NCBI RefSeq assembly: GCF_963676685.1
Contig: NC_092351.1
Coordinates: 61,194,001-61,258,000 of the forward strand
Reading direction: 5' to 3'
Source: Mytilus edulis
Lineage: Eukaryota
DNA: 64,000 nucleotides
In this document: positions 52,101 to 63,586 of the stretch, piece after piece
Layout: each line of letters starts with the position of its first letter
Position numbering within the stretch: the stretch's first letter is position 1
Notes under the pieces: model-generated
The model's database searches: none
Seen by the model: the letters and a program-made list of their open reading frames with translations, nothing else
Told to the model about the DNA's origin: nothing
Made by a program: the position numbers and the translations under genes

Positions 52101-55100
52101 ACTTTCTATAATTATGTACATTCTTGTTATACATTGTAACTATTGGTTAATGTGATTGTTCCACCCATCAAACTTCACACTTTTATCACATTTATTTCAA
52201 ATCCACTGTACACATTATTCAAAAAACATTTTATAGCAATTGCAATTGCAATCAATACACATCCTATTTGTATCTAGATAAAAAAAAAAAAGGGGGGGGT
52301 GGTTCCAACCATTTATATAAGTCCCCATTCAAAAGCATTAATCTTCAAAAAATGTACGGGGATGCGGGTGGCTTGTCCAACCCCTGGAAACTGACTAACC
52401 TCCCCTAGATCAGCCACTGTAGTCTGCAGTAATGATAGCATCTAATAGTATGTATACTAGTAAACTTACATTAAACTAGAAGACAGACTTGTTGTTTATT
52501 AATAATAAAAAATAAAAATAATTAAGAAACCTTATGAGTCTTTATATGACTAATTTATTTTATCATTCTAACCTAATTTTAAGCAGGGATCCAGTCATCT
52601 TTATGACAGATTTCATACATAATTCTAACCTAATGTCATGCAGGGTTCCACCTTTTTCCTACCTGGGAATTGTTTCCCTTTTATTAAAAAAAGATTTCTT
52701 AAATTTTAAATAAAGGCAGTAATGGAAATTGACTATTGTAAAGTAGTTATCTTTAAGAATTGATGAATCAAATCAAATAAATAACTCATCATAGATACCA
52801 GGATTGAATTTTTTATTTATGGCAGACGCGCCTTTCTTCTACAAAAGGCTCCTCGATGATGCACGAATAAAAAAAAATAAGTTAAAAGGCCAAATAAAGT
52901 ACGAAGTTGAAGAGCATCGAGGACCAATTAAAAGCAGCCTAGCAAAGGCTAGCATAAGAGAGGTTATCAAACACTAAATGACTTGCAATCAGTACATGCA
53001 TTTACTAAATATTGGATTTCTTCTTCATTTGATGAAATTAATTTCCTTTTCTACAAATAAAATGAGTATCACTTACTCAGATTGTAAACTTCTGAAGAAC
53101 AAAAATACATTCAGTGTTTCTACAAAAAAATATACCCCAAAACACATAGAAAGGGCCAAATACTTTTTTTTAAAGGCTTTTAAAATTCTGAAAAACAATT
53201 TTAACATATAGTTTTGATCATATACATCCCAAACAGTAACGTAAAAATAATTGTCACCAACTTTACGAGTATATTCATCTCATAAACTTTTTTTATGATT
53301 AAATCCTTGAATTATAATAAATCTTGTAGAGAAGTAGACCTATTACCTTATATCTTTGTTACAATACATGTAAAAGCTTTGTAATAATATACCTGTAGTT
53401 TTATGAACAATTAAGTAATTCCTTATAAATGTGAGATTTCAGAAGAAGACTTCAAGTGTTGCATTTATTTCTAAAACCTATAAGCTTCCAGAAAGAATGT
53501 TTAAACAGACAATTATCATCATTATATGATTCATAATAATGACAATACTCACGTTGATCCATTATTGCTGGCTGAACCACTATCCGTTGAACTACTGGCA
53601 CTGTGTAAAATAAAAGTGAAATATGTGTAAAATAAAGTAAAATATGTATAAAATAAAGTAAAATATGTGTAAAATGAGTGAAATATGTGTAAAATAAAGT
53701 GAAATATGTGTAAAATAAAGTGAAATATGTGTATGATAGAGTATCTGTTAATATATACAAATCTTTTGGAAAAGAAATGGTACTTATTCTAATTTATTCA
53801 AATTTTTATTAATAAAAATCAAAACCCTAATCCTACATGCACACCTTCAAATAATAAAATGTTCAATAATATATATATATATGTTAAAACTGCCATTAAA
53901 GTGAAAAATTCTTAGCATTCAAACCATAGGATAAATTATCTGGAATATCTATATATACCCATAACGGGATGGACAGTAGGGTTGATGAACAGATGGAAGG
54001 AGAGTTGATGGGACTAAAAAAACATACCCCAAACGAAGCAATTCATTTCACTGAACACAATCCAAAAGTAAATTATTTATTTTTCCCCCAAAAAAAGAAA
54101 AAGATCATTAAAAAAAATCCTTACCTGTTTACTATGCCATATATAAAAATGGCCAGACCTAAAAGCATAGGCACCCATAATGATGTCGTCAACAAACCAG
54201 TCCAGGCAAAATAAAAGGCTATTTTTTCTCCAAAATAATTACGAATTTTTGTCAAAGGCTGAAATTTGAAAAGTTTCGTCCATTCATCATTTAAAATTTT
54301 TCTTGGATCTTCATCAAGATCCATGGTTTGAGGTAATGGCATTCTTTCTTCCTGAGCTTCTTCTGGGTCATCATTTGTAGCACCGTCACGCTGTTCTTCA
54401 TGAATTTTGCTGGCTTCTGAAGCCTCGTGTAAAATCAATTTGTCTGTGTACACACCAATTTTCTTCATGTAAGGGAAATCTGAAATATTGTAATGAAAAT
54501 TTTAACATAAAGTCGTATGCAATGTCATGTATAGTATAGTCCACCCTGAATATTCAACACATTGACAAAAAAATCATGCAATATAGATGTGAAAATGATG
54601 CGATTGCGCATTAGAAAGTGACTACTCTTTAGATTAGAATATTGCATATCCATTACATTCTACATGATTATAGTGGCAAATTAAATATTGGGGACAAGAA
54701 TAAGAGAATATGATAAAATATAAACCCTGATTTTAAACACGCTGATCAGGACTTTTAACAGTCTAGTTCACAAGGTAACAGTCATATGACAGGCTCTGCT
54801 CATTGTTGAAGGCCATACTTTCAGTTGTTAATTTCCGTGTGATTTGGTCTCATTTGCAATCACACTACAATGTCTTTTTTATATGTCACACTACCATGAC
54901 ACATCATTCTGACTCTGAGCCAACAGGTCTTTGATAATGCTCCTACAATGAGTATTTATTGTAGAAGCAGCAAATATCCAATTTTCAAATCTTTGGTTAA
55001 GCACGGCTTGGATAAACCCATGACCTCAAGCACTCAAGGTAAGCAAACCTCTATAAAACCACTGTTGTGGTTGGTACGGTATATATAATGTCTCCTATCA

Positions 55101-58100
55101 TTTTTTTCTCTTTTAATGTATAGTGCATTTCTAAATACTCACTTAATTTCTGAAGCTCTTTGTCTATTGCTAATTTTATTGTATCTGTAAAAAAAGAATT
55201 TGGTATTTTATTTACTAAAGATTTAAGAATTAGCACATCCAATGCCAGGGAGGATTGTGGGTTTTTAACAAAACCCCTTCCCTTCAAAAATGAGGGTCAT
55301 GACCCCTAATAACCTCCAGCAACTGCCAAATAATTCCTAAAAAAACTTGCCAGGGTGTTTCCTTTCAGTCTATACTTCATAAATATATACAATAAACTAA
55401 ACTAAGCAAAGTTAATAGAAGCCTGAAAATCTTGTGGCAAGTGCATGTAGTACAACCCGAACACATGCTCCTGGGCCTGTTTCAAGGCAGGAATTAACCT
55501 AATGTCTTTAGTTATATATTTAGTTATATCTAAATAATCACATTAGTTCGAGTAGTTTTATACAACGCCACAAATTTTGAATGGCTAAAGTATTCTAGAA
55601 ATTAAATACTATTTCAGGTAAAAATGAAACATCTACATGATCTATGACTGCAAGCGATATATCTGTGAAAAATTCTAAAAATACTGGTAATGCACAGAAA
55701 AACAAATGAGAGGCTGTATTTTTAACATTTTATTTCATGGATGTAGTAAGAGCTGAATAGTTCTTTTTGTAATTTTATACGGATGTAAAAACATCAAACC
55801 TGCACTCCATACAACATTGTACAAAATGTTTGTCAATGCTTTTACACCCATACAATATTGGTATTGTGGGGAAAAGGTACCCTACAGCTCAGGTGGATTT
55901 TGCTTTGTCCACCCGTCCACAGTGGAAGTGGGCACCGGGTGGGTAAAATTTCTAGCTTGTCCACTCTGCCCACCCATAGGAGTGGGCATGCAATTTCTTT
56001 TGTTTAAACAAAAGACTGGCAAGTACAGTCAATTGAAAAAAAGCAGATAAGCATTTGTAATCACCATTTTTACAAAAAAAGAGATTATAGATAGGGTGGG
56101 CACGAGTGCGCTGCCCACGGTGGGCTGGTGGAAAAAGCAAAAATTCCACCCGGACTGTTGTGTATTGGTGACAGATCAATGATAGACATGATAGTCTCTT
56201 TGAAATGTCACAACTTTTCTATCAAGGCCATATCGTGACCTCTAAATGTCGTCTGCTTCTTTTTGAAGATAGGTTGCTGTCACATAAACCATGCATGATA
56301 TATGCCAAACATCAAACAAGTTTTTAAGTGGTGTAAAAAAATCTTTTTCAATCAGGTCTAAAACTAATACTTAAGAAATATTAAATCCAAAATGGCCACC
56401 AATAAATGAGAGAAAAAAAGAATCAAACCTGTTTTCTTTTTAGTCCTTGTCTTCCAATCATCTTCTTCATCAACATCATCATCCAATAACATTATGTCAT
56501 CTTTCTGTACGTCTTCTCTGATATTCATATTGATAAGAATGTGGTCAACCTGTTAATATGAAGAAAAACAATTGATTGATTGATTAATTTTTGTTTGCTT
56601 CATCATTATGTCCAGTGTCAAATACTTCATATATTGAGAATGATGACATAACTAATGTACATAATGATATTTCAAAGTCAAATTCAATATATGAGCTGCA
56701 CCTGATAGAAATCGACCTGATGCAAATGAATACCAATACTTCTGATAATCTATTTCGAGTTGAAAAATGCAAAAAAAAAATCTCTACGCAAAGTTTGTAA
56801 ATGTTTTAAAATTGAGTTGATATACGAAACTTTCAAAACAGACCCAAATCAGTCCTTGTTGTAATTGATTGTTCCAAAATCAATGAAAATCATATACATG
56901 TAAATGAATACGGTGGATTTTTATCCAACACAGCTCATTTCTACTGGTAACTGCATCGATTAAATTTTAGGCTTTATAATATAATCAACAAAACTTTTAT
57001 AATTTTTCATATAAACTGTAGACTGTAGATTAAATTATTTTCAAAGAAATCTATGTTCATGAATTATTCACACAATTTGGTACTGATAAAAGTTAATATT
57101 CAGATTATACCAGTAATGTCCTGACAGCTGGTCTGAAGAAGTTAGATGGATCATGATGGTTGTCAAAAAGATGTATTCTCTCTACCAAAAATCTGGCCGA
57201 TATATAGTCCACAGCTAAAACATAAAGAGAGGTTATATTATCAAGAAAGAAACAAAACTATTTCCTAACCTTGATTCCCAATCTATATGTAATGATGTAT
57301 AACTTATAAGGCCATTCAAGTCCTTCAATCATGAATATCTGGTTTAAACATGAAATAAAGATATTTTGTCGTGAATTGTACTCATGCTTGTGTCAATTGT
57401 CAAACAAGTATTAATATATAAGTTACAGACCTTATTTTCATGAGAACTAATGAGACTAGAAAAGAAAGATTATGTTAAATAAAACAAAATTGATACTGCA
57501 ATGGATATTCCAAAATGATGCTATTAAATTGGATACTTCGTTGGATACCAATTCTTGTAGATTTCTTGGGAACTGGTGAACCAAAAATTAAATGTTCAAT
57601 GAATATCAAATTTTCCCTTAGACTTCTGCAAAACCACAAAATTAAATATTCATGAGCATGCAAGTTTTCCTTTGAACAAACAATATTATATTGATTTTAA
57701 AAAATATCATTACACAAACACACAAGCAGTGAATCAACTGTAAACAATACAATGTGTAAAGTTCAAAGCTCTAGCTGTCATGCAGCACTCAGTAATATGG
57801 TGACGTTATCTAATCATTTATGATAATCATATAATAAAACCGTTCATAATATTCAAAATTCAGAAAATACAAGTTAAAATGAGATTTTATACCAAAAATA
57901 CCCATATATATACCTCTGCCATTATCCTCTGTAAATATATCATTTATCTTTAATAATAATAAACAAGAGTGCACACGCTGAAATGTCTCGCCTTCTATAC
58001 TAATCATTGATATTATGTTGATAGTCCTAAGTATAAAGCTAAGCTTTATTACAACTGTCACATAAACTTAACATTAACCAAGATAACTAAACAAAGACCA

Positions 58101-61100
58101 ATGAACCTTGAAAAAGAGGTCCAGGTCAGATGAACCATGCCAGGCAGACAGGTACAGCTAACAATGCTTCTATACAACATATATAGTTGACACATTACTT
58201 ATAGTTTAAGATAAATAGACCAAAACACAAAAACTTAACACTGTGCAATGAACCGTAAAAATGAGGTCACGGTTAAATAAAACCTGCTCGACTGACTTAA
58301 AGATCATAAAATATTTCCATACACCAAATATAGTTGACCTATGGCATATAGCATTAGATAAAAAGACCAAAACTCAAAAACTTAACTTTGACCACTGAAC
58401 CAGGTCACATGACATCTGCCCGCTAGACATGTACACTTAACAATCATTCCATACAACAAATATAGTAGACCTATTGCATATGGTATGAGAAAAACAGACC
58501 AAAACACAAAAATTTAACTATAACCACTGAACCATGAAAATGAGGTCAAGGTCAGATGACACCTGCCTGTGAGTTGGACATGTACACCTTACAGTCCTTC
58601 CATACACCGAATATACTAGCCCTATTGCTTATAGTATCTGAGATATGGACTTGACCACCAAAACTTAACCTTGTTCACTGATCCATGAAATGAGGTCGAG
58701 GTCAAGTGAAAACTGTCTGACAGACACGAGGACCTTGCAAGGTACGCACATACCAAATATAGTTATCCTATTACTTATAATAAGAGAGAATCCAACATTA
58801 CAAAAAATTTGAACTTTTTTTTCAAGTGGTCACTGAACCATGAAAATGAGGTCAAGGACATTGGACATGTGACTGACGGAAACTTTGTAACATGAAACAT
58901 CTATATACAAAGTATGAAGCATCCAGGTCTTCCACCTTCTAAAATATAAAGCTTTTAAGTTAAGAAGTGAGCTAACGCCGCCGCCGTAGCCGCCGCCGCC
59001 GCCTCCGGATCACTATCCCTATGTCGAGCTTTCTGCAACAAAAGTTGCAGGCTTGACAAAAACCTCACCATCACTGTAAAGCATTGACTAATATAGAAGT
59101 AAGCTCCTGAGTAATTAACATATATATGTATATATAGCATAGATATTTTCCTCTTTCTTCTAATTGATTCTTGTGAAATGGTTTTTGAGTTGTAACTTTT
59201 TAATCTTTTGAGATATAGGCTTTGGATATATGGCATGTGGTTGCTACACTTCACTGTGAAGTGTTACCAACTATTGTGTGTGACCTTGATTTCAACTTCC
59301 TGGTTATTTAGGGTAATATCACTAAAATATATAGGTCCTTGAGTCCAGGATTTATAAAAATAAGACTGCACTAGTCTAATATAAATTATTTTATTACAAG
59401 GCATTAACTAAATTTGATATTTAAATCAGATTTATTTCATTTTATGTTTTGACTAAAACACGATAAAAAAAACTTTTGAAAGTACCATTTTGCAAGACCT
59501 TTAAATTTGTCCTCAAGGTCAACTTAATGATTTTAAGTAAAATGATTTTATCCTGGCCATTACTTTTTTAATTTTTTTTATATTTGTCATGTTGGTATAT
59601 TAACTCAAAATAATGTGTCACATACCTCTGGATGCTGACCTTTGACATCGAGGTCAACTTATTTAAGCAACATGATCATGTTCTGACCATTTTTTGCTAT
59701 CTTATGAAAAATGTTTTTATTATTTGAGTTATCACCTCAAGATAATGTGTTGCTTACCATTTTGACCTTTAATTATCCTCAAGGTCAAACTTGTTGTTTA
59801 CCATTTGACAATTAATTCACCTCAAGGTCAATTAAACTTGTAATATGTCATTTTGCCTACTATTTGACATTGATTTCACCTCAAGGTCAAACTTATAATA
59901 TGTAATGCTTCATTTAATGCATTTGTAGTCAAATATATATCCAATTTTTAAATGGGAACATGCATTTAATCAAGTAAAACAATTCTAGATATATTTTTTA
60001 TACATCTAAAGGTTAAAAACTCTGTGTTGGTGCATGGTTACATAACAAATAATTCCAATTAGATGATTAACATTTGTAACATATTAATGTATTAGAGAGA
60101 GAGTAAGAGAGTAAGAGAGAAAGAAAGAGAGAAATAACACATGAGTATATTTGATTGTGTCAATTCAACCTTGTAGAATTCAATTTAATAACTAAAATAA
60201 AAAAATAAAAAAATCTGACCAACCCACTTATAACGCTGATTATGTTAAGGTCACTTTGGCTTATTTAAAAAATGTACTATCTGAATTTTAATTGTTCATA
60301 TAATTTTCTAATATATATCAAGCTAGCCCCATCACCATCCTAAATGGCAATCATTTAAGTTAGACATGAGAATTGACAAGAGTATGCATTTTTAACCAAA
60401 GATGCAGCTTTATTAATTTATAAAACTAGCCTTTAACGCCTCTAACAAAAACAGTTGGATCATTAATCAAATTATCAGGATTAAAATCATAGAATTTTTT
60501 TTTAAAATGGCTGATATTTCTAAAAAAAAATTAAATGAATTGAATTTCAAAAACATAATAGCAAATTCCTCATCTGAAATTTTTTTATTATCATAAAATA
60601 TTTTGTTTTCATGATTTTCTAATATATAAAAAAACTTTTTGAGGACTTCTTTAAAGGGAATGAAAAGAATTTGAAAATTATTCTGAAAACGACTAGCTGA
60701 ATTAACACAACAAAGAAAACCTGTATATATAAACATGATAAACAAATATCCGTGGACCATCTTCTTACCATCTTCTGTTGAAAAATATAAAATAAGGAAA
60801 TGTGTAAGAAAATTTCACATTTGGAATGCATTTGAATAATATATAGCACATAGTTTATCTAGATACTTGATGTCATTTAGGTACGTGATAATATACAGTA
60901 ACTACATGTGTATTGGTGAGCATATACTGTATATTCATTTGAATTCTTGGGTACCAATGTTTGTGGATTGTGGAAAACTTGTACATGTATTTCTGTGGGT
61001 ATTTCATTTCATCTATTTAACATTGTACTTCATAAAAACGTATCCAAAACAAAGTACTTCTTTTTACTCTTAAACTATTGTTTTACCATCCACAAAACTA

Positions 61101-63141
61101 ATAGTACCCTACATGCCCTATGACCAATAATGAACTCAAAATATGCTAGAACAAGAATGTGTCCCAAGTACATGGATGCCCCATCCGAATTATCATTTTC
61201 TATGTTCAGTGGACCGTGAAAATGGGATAAAATCTCTTATTTGGCATTAAAACTAGAAAGATCATATCATAGGGAACATGTTTACAAAGTTTCAAGTTGA
61301 TCGGACTTCAACTTCATCAAAAACTACTTCAACCAAAAACTTTAACCTGAAACGGGACGAACGGACGGACGGACAGATGAACGAACAGACGGACGCACAG
61401 ACCAGAAAACATAATGCCCATAAATGGGGCATAAAAACAGTTTCAATCATGTTTTTGTCATTAATGATGGTACTAAATTGTTAACTATATTTGAACTAGT
61501 GCTATGTGATATATTACTGCATGCTAATTAACTTTTGGTATACTGTTCTGTATGAAATTATATTACATGTATTACTTTATACAATAAATAATGTTCCTTT
61601 ATCCAAAATAATATTATTGTAGTATTTTTGAAACAAGGAACAAAATAATATTTAAAATAGAGTGTACCAGATAGATATACGTCTTTACGACATACAAAAT
61701 TTCAGTTTCCAAGGTTACCTGAAGTTATAATTAGGCCAAATATTTATGACTTCTTGGAAGGCTAATTTATTCTTTTGCTTAAATGTGTCCAAGACTTTAT
61801 TATTATTTAGACTTATCTGAAGTAAGCATATAAAGTAGTTTGCAAAGTTTAATGATTTAGCAAAAATTTAAAGTCATGATGTTTAACTTTTGTATATAGT
61901 ATCTGCTTTCTGTCTGTTCTGCAAGCACATTGTTCATGTTCATATATAAGTTCCAAATTACTTTATAATAATCTTTTTGGGGGGGGAAATACACAGTAAA
62001 TTATTTATAGAATATAAAGAAAGAAATTTCAGGGTGGATCATCCATGCCATTTAATCAGCAGTGTTCACCATGAAAATGATCTCTGAAGCATAATTCTTT
62101 AATACTTGAATCATCCTAAGCAAAGTGAACACATGCACCAAGGAAACAATTTAGACAATGCAAGCAATAATTAAGCACTATATCATATTATTAAATTGTT
62201 TAACATGTACAAAAACTTACTGTTTTTGTCTGTTACGAACTTGTCGTAAACAAATCTTGCACAAGAATTGGTTGGTATTTCTTCTGGATTTACAAGCTAC
62301 AAAAGAAAAATATTTAACATTGTATAACTGTTAGATTCCTTACTACATTGTACATGTATTTGATACATCTTGTGGAAACCAATTTAAGCAGAGAAAAAAT
62401 TAAAAAAATTTGAGACAGGATTATTCAGGTGGTATATCAAATTCATCCTGGTAATTCTGTTACCATGGTTACTCAGCTACAAATGTAGCTAGGTCATGTT
62501 GATTTACCTTAAACTTAATTAATGAACTGTAATGACGCTTAGTATTGTGTAAAGATATGTACATGTCTCAATTAAATTAATGACTAGTCTTTTAGAGAAT
62601 TTGTTGACAAAACAACCACCACAGCCATCGCTGGAAAATCAATCCCAATGTCTCGCTTTCCTGGACTTTAGTCATTGTTAGTCAATGGCAAGACAATAAT
62701 AAATTTACTTACATCTTTCAATGGCATTTCTAAATTTGTTGTTTCAGCTTCAATACACAGTCTTTTAAAAGGACAGTGGATTTTCTTATAAACTTTATCC
62801 TTAAGCACAGATTCTTCAACAATAAATCCTTCATCTCTCAACGTATTTTCAAATATTTCTCTTAGCTTGTCTCTAACTTGTATTTTTCTTTTTTCCTTTG
62901 AACTCAATGAACTATCGTCAGCTTTTGAATCTGGATGAATCAATACAATATCGATCCGTTTTGACTCTGGAATTAAGTTTCCAAGATTTCTGTAAACTCT
63001 GTCAAAACGAGTAATTGCTTTTCCTTCCACATTTTTAATAGGCTGTTTTGCTTTCGGTTTCATAAACCCGTCTTTTGTCCTTTTATGTTTTGGACTCATC
63101 TTATCTTTCATGTTGGTAACTCTTCTTTTTATTTTCTCCAT
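24776..63141 (-). CDS. ANO: Anoctamin/TMEM16 family Ca2+-activated channel/scramblase, ~1019 aa, 22 coding exons
   Basis: Hallmark motifs IRNYFGEKIAFYFAW, WGTLFLELWKR, LTDWENHRTQTSY, EYTEKIIQYGF, APLIALFTNLIDIRVDA, AQDIGTW and FEHIVF..IPDVP. All 22 exons are GT-AG and phase-consistent, summing to 3060 nt. An in-frame TAA lies just upstream of ATG 63141. The family is clear; the specific paralogue cannot be assigned. Confidence 0.93.
29747..30019. mobile_element. Same TTAA MITE family
   Basis: Sequence identity with 37222-37493. Confidence 0.8.
30420..30501 (-). CDS. ANO: Anoctamin exon 21 (C-tail with PPPY)
   Basis: ttatag/gtaata splice sites, phase 1 to 2. Confidence 0.72.
30847..31352. 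mobile_element. TTAA MITE copy split by a nested HINE (~30944-31222)
   Basis: MITE 5' part, then HINE sequence, then MITE 3' part. Confidence 0.7.
31400..31536 (-). CDS. ANO: Anoctamin exon 20 (C-tail with YEEI and Lys8)
   Basis: ttgaag/gtaatg splice sites, phase 2 to 1, open purine-rich frame. Confidence 0.75.
31966..32144 (-). CDS. ANO: Anoctamin exon 19 (C-tail)
   Basis: ctacag/gtattg splice sites, phase 0 to 2, open frame. Confidence 0.82.
32434..32514 (-). CDS. ANO: Anoctamin exon 18 (end of TM10)
   Basis: HIVFALKFILAYLIPDVPAVVQLASRK. Confidence 0.93.
36872..37005 (-). CDS. ANO: Anoctamin exon 17 (TM9 to start of TM10)
   Basis: GTWYIILQFVNVCGVISNGFLIAFTSSWGQQYDVYTRLWIVVGFE. Confidence 0.93.
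37222..37493. mobile_element. Same TTAA MITE family, opposite orientation
   Basis: TTAA-GGTGGTACC ... GGTACCACC-TTAA. Confidence 0.85.
37579..41059. mobile_element. ~3.5-kb non-autonomous piggyBac-like element in an anoctamin intron
   Basis: TTAA|CCCTTTCATGCCGAAT ... ATTCAGTAGTGAAAGTG|TTAA imperfect TIRs; three subterminal atgccgaatgtatcctt repeats; CpG-richer ends. Confidence 0.55.
37673..37945. mobile_element. TTAA-flanked ~270-bp MITE (GGTGGTACC TIRs; Kolobok-like) nested in the piggyBac-like element
   Basis: TTAA on both sides; the empty site restores the palindrome atgtatccTTAAggatacat. Confidence 0.85.
41134..41263 (-). CDS. ANO: Anoctamin exon 16 (TM8)
   Basis: LFAASLPIAPLIALFTNLIDIRVDAKRMLWWYRRPLAKIAQDIG. 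Confidence 0.95.
41933..42101 (-). CDS. ANO: Anoctamin exon 15 (TM7)
   Basis: FTMGEYTEKIIQYGFLM. Confidence 0.93.
43069..43220 (-). CDS. ANO: Anoctamin exon 14 (TM6)
   Basis: CEPNGNCMSELSFQILILIICKPLPKFFSDVVLP; ttacag/gtaagt splice sites. Confidence 0.92.
43482..43861. mobile_element. TTAA-flanked MITE
   Basis: ttaagtgccagtct..aagaatcaggca / tgcctgattctta..agactggcacttaa. Confidence 0.7.
44053..44162 (-). CDS. ANO: Anoctamin exon 13 (TM5)
   Basis: ENHRTQTSYNDALIVKLFAFQFANNYASCFYIAF. Confidence 0.95.
44522..44558 (-). CDS. ANO: Anoctamin exon 12 (LYDWLARKLTDW)
   Basis: ttgtag/gtaaga splice sites, 37 nt. Confidence 0.9.
45161..45406 (-). CDS. ANO: Anoctamin exon 11 (TM3-TM4)
   Basis: DPVTGEEDWYYP...ILSK; phase 0 to 0. 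Confidence 0.95.
49795..50067. mobile_element. Same TTAA MITE family
   Basis: Sequence identity with 37222-37493. Confidence 0.8.
50441..50562 (-). CDS. ANO: Anoctamin exon 10 (GTLFLELWKRK...EPDRPEFYG)
   Basis: Conserved motif; tttcag/gtaaga splice sites. Confidence 0.95.
50814..50896 (-). CDS. ANO: Anoctamin exon 9 (IKEACDNEATPYYAMIICVW)
   Basis: DN..TP motif before TM2; ttctag/gtaagt splice sites. Confidence 0.9.
51145..51356. mobile_element. TA-flanked Tc1/mariner-type MITE nested in an older inverted repeat
   Basis: tactgtggattca..tgaatccacagta, with outer arms gtcaatctcattaaaat / attttaatgagattgac. Confidence 0.65.
51490..51970. mobile_element. Helentron-associated non-autonomous element (HINE/DINE-1/pearl-like) with two core repeats
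   Basis: aacaagaatgtgtcc start, duplicated ~170-bp core, (GGAC/GAAC)n microsatellite and terminal stem-loop atgcccc..ggggcat. Other copies at ~6298-6570, 19451-19695, 42623-42922 (inverted), 47716-48009 (inverted) and 61150-61437. Confidence 0.75.
53077..53091 (-). CDS. ANO: Candidate 15-nt microexon of anoctamin (SLQS)
   Basis: tttgttcttcag|AAGTTTACAATCTGA|gtaagt, frame-neutral (phase 2 to 2). Confidence 0.5.
   Translation of the reverse strand, partial: KFTI
53553..53600 (-). CDS. ANO: Anoctamin exon 7 (Ser-rich loop ASSSTDSGSASNNGS)
   Basis: acacag/gtgagt splice sites, 48 nt, phase 2 to 2. Confidence 0.7.
53601..53712. repeat. ~21-bp minisatellite (about 5 copies) abutting an anoctamin splice acceptor
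   Basis: (gtgtaaaataaagtgaaatat)n. Confidence 0.9.
54125..54479 (-). CDS. ANO: Anoctamin exon 6 (includes TM1)
   Basis: FQPLTKIRNYFGEKIAFYFAWTG; tttcag/gtaagg splice sites. Confidence 0.95.
55143..55184 (-). CDS. ANO: Anoctamin exon 5 (DTIKLAIDKELQKL)
   Basis: ttttacag/gtgagt splice sites, 42 nt, phase 1 to 1. Confidence 0.7.
55890..56151. mobile_element. GC-rich MITE with ~24-bp TIRs
   Basis: caggtggattttgctttgtccacc / ggtggaaaaagcaaaattccacccg. Confidence 0.7.
56429..56549 (-). CDS. ANO: Anoctamin exon 4 (VDHILINMNIR...KKKT)
   Basis: taacag/gtttga splice sites, phase 0 to 1. Confidence 0.85.
57111..57214 (-). CDS. ANO: Anoctamin exon 3 (VDYISARF...NFFRPAVRTLL)
   Basis: ttttag/gtataa splice sites, phase 1 to 0; conserved FF.PA.R motif. 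Confidence 0.88.
57961..59062. mobile_element. Second HINE-type family with degenerate tandem cores and (GCC)n
   Basis: aaacaagag start, repeated gaaccatgaaaatgaggtcaagg cores, (GCC)n and terminal hairpin ctgcaac..gttgcag. Confidence 0.7.
62221..62296 (-). CDS. ANO: Anoctamin exon 2 (LVNPEEIPTNSCARFVYDKFVTDKN)
   Basis: ttgtag acceptor, gtaagt donor, phase 0 to 1. Confidence 0.85.
62713..63141 (-). CDS. ANO: Anoctamin coding exon 1 (MEKIK...CIEAETTNLEMPLKD)
   Basis: Acceptor at 63165-63166 leaves 23 nt of UTR before the ATG; donor GTAAGT; N-terminal motif KIHCPFKRLCIEAE. Confidence 0.9.
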
Positions 63142-63413
63142 CACTTAAAAGATTTGGAAGATATCTGTGAATAAATAAAACCATTTGATAACGTCTAAAA
63201 TCAAAGTACCGAAGTACTGAACATCAGATGATCGTAAGTTCTTGTGGATGGTCAGTGAAGCACTTGTCTCAGAAAAAAATCACATCTTTATACCTGAAAG
63301 TGAGGTTAATGTACAGATGTATTTTTTTCTGAGACAAATTCTTGTGTGGAAGATAAATAAATGAAAGGGAATTCAACATCACTGTAATAATGGTAATAAC
63401 TATTATATATATA

Positions 63414-63586
63414 AATCTGTTGTAGAGTTGTCACTGGTTCAGATGTACTTATAAATATAACTATTTCTGTGACTGTACCTTGCATTAATTTGTAGGATCC
63501 TTTACAATAGATAATTCAGCTGATCTGTAATAATATCATCTTCATGCACTATATATCATGTACTGTATTACAACGCTAGATTAAAA
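63414..63586 (+). mobile_element. Diverged internal fragment of the 441-bp element
   Basis: Matches ~17610-17782 and is preceded by a short TA run. Confidence 0.8.

Noticed and set aside
53452-53760. 102-aa ORF with YTYFTLF repeats
   Set aside because: It is the translation of a minisatellite; the real exon inside uses another frame.
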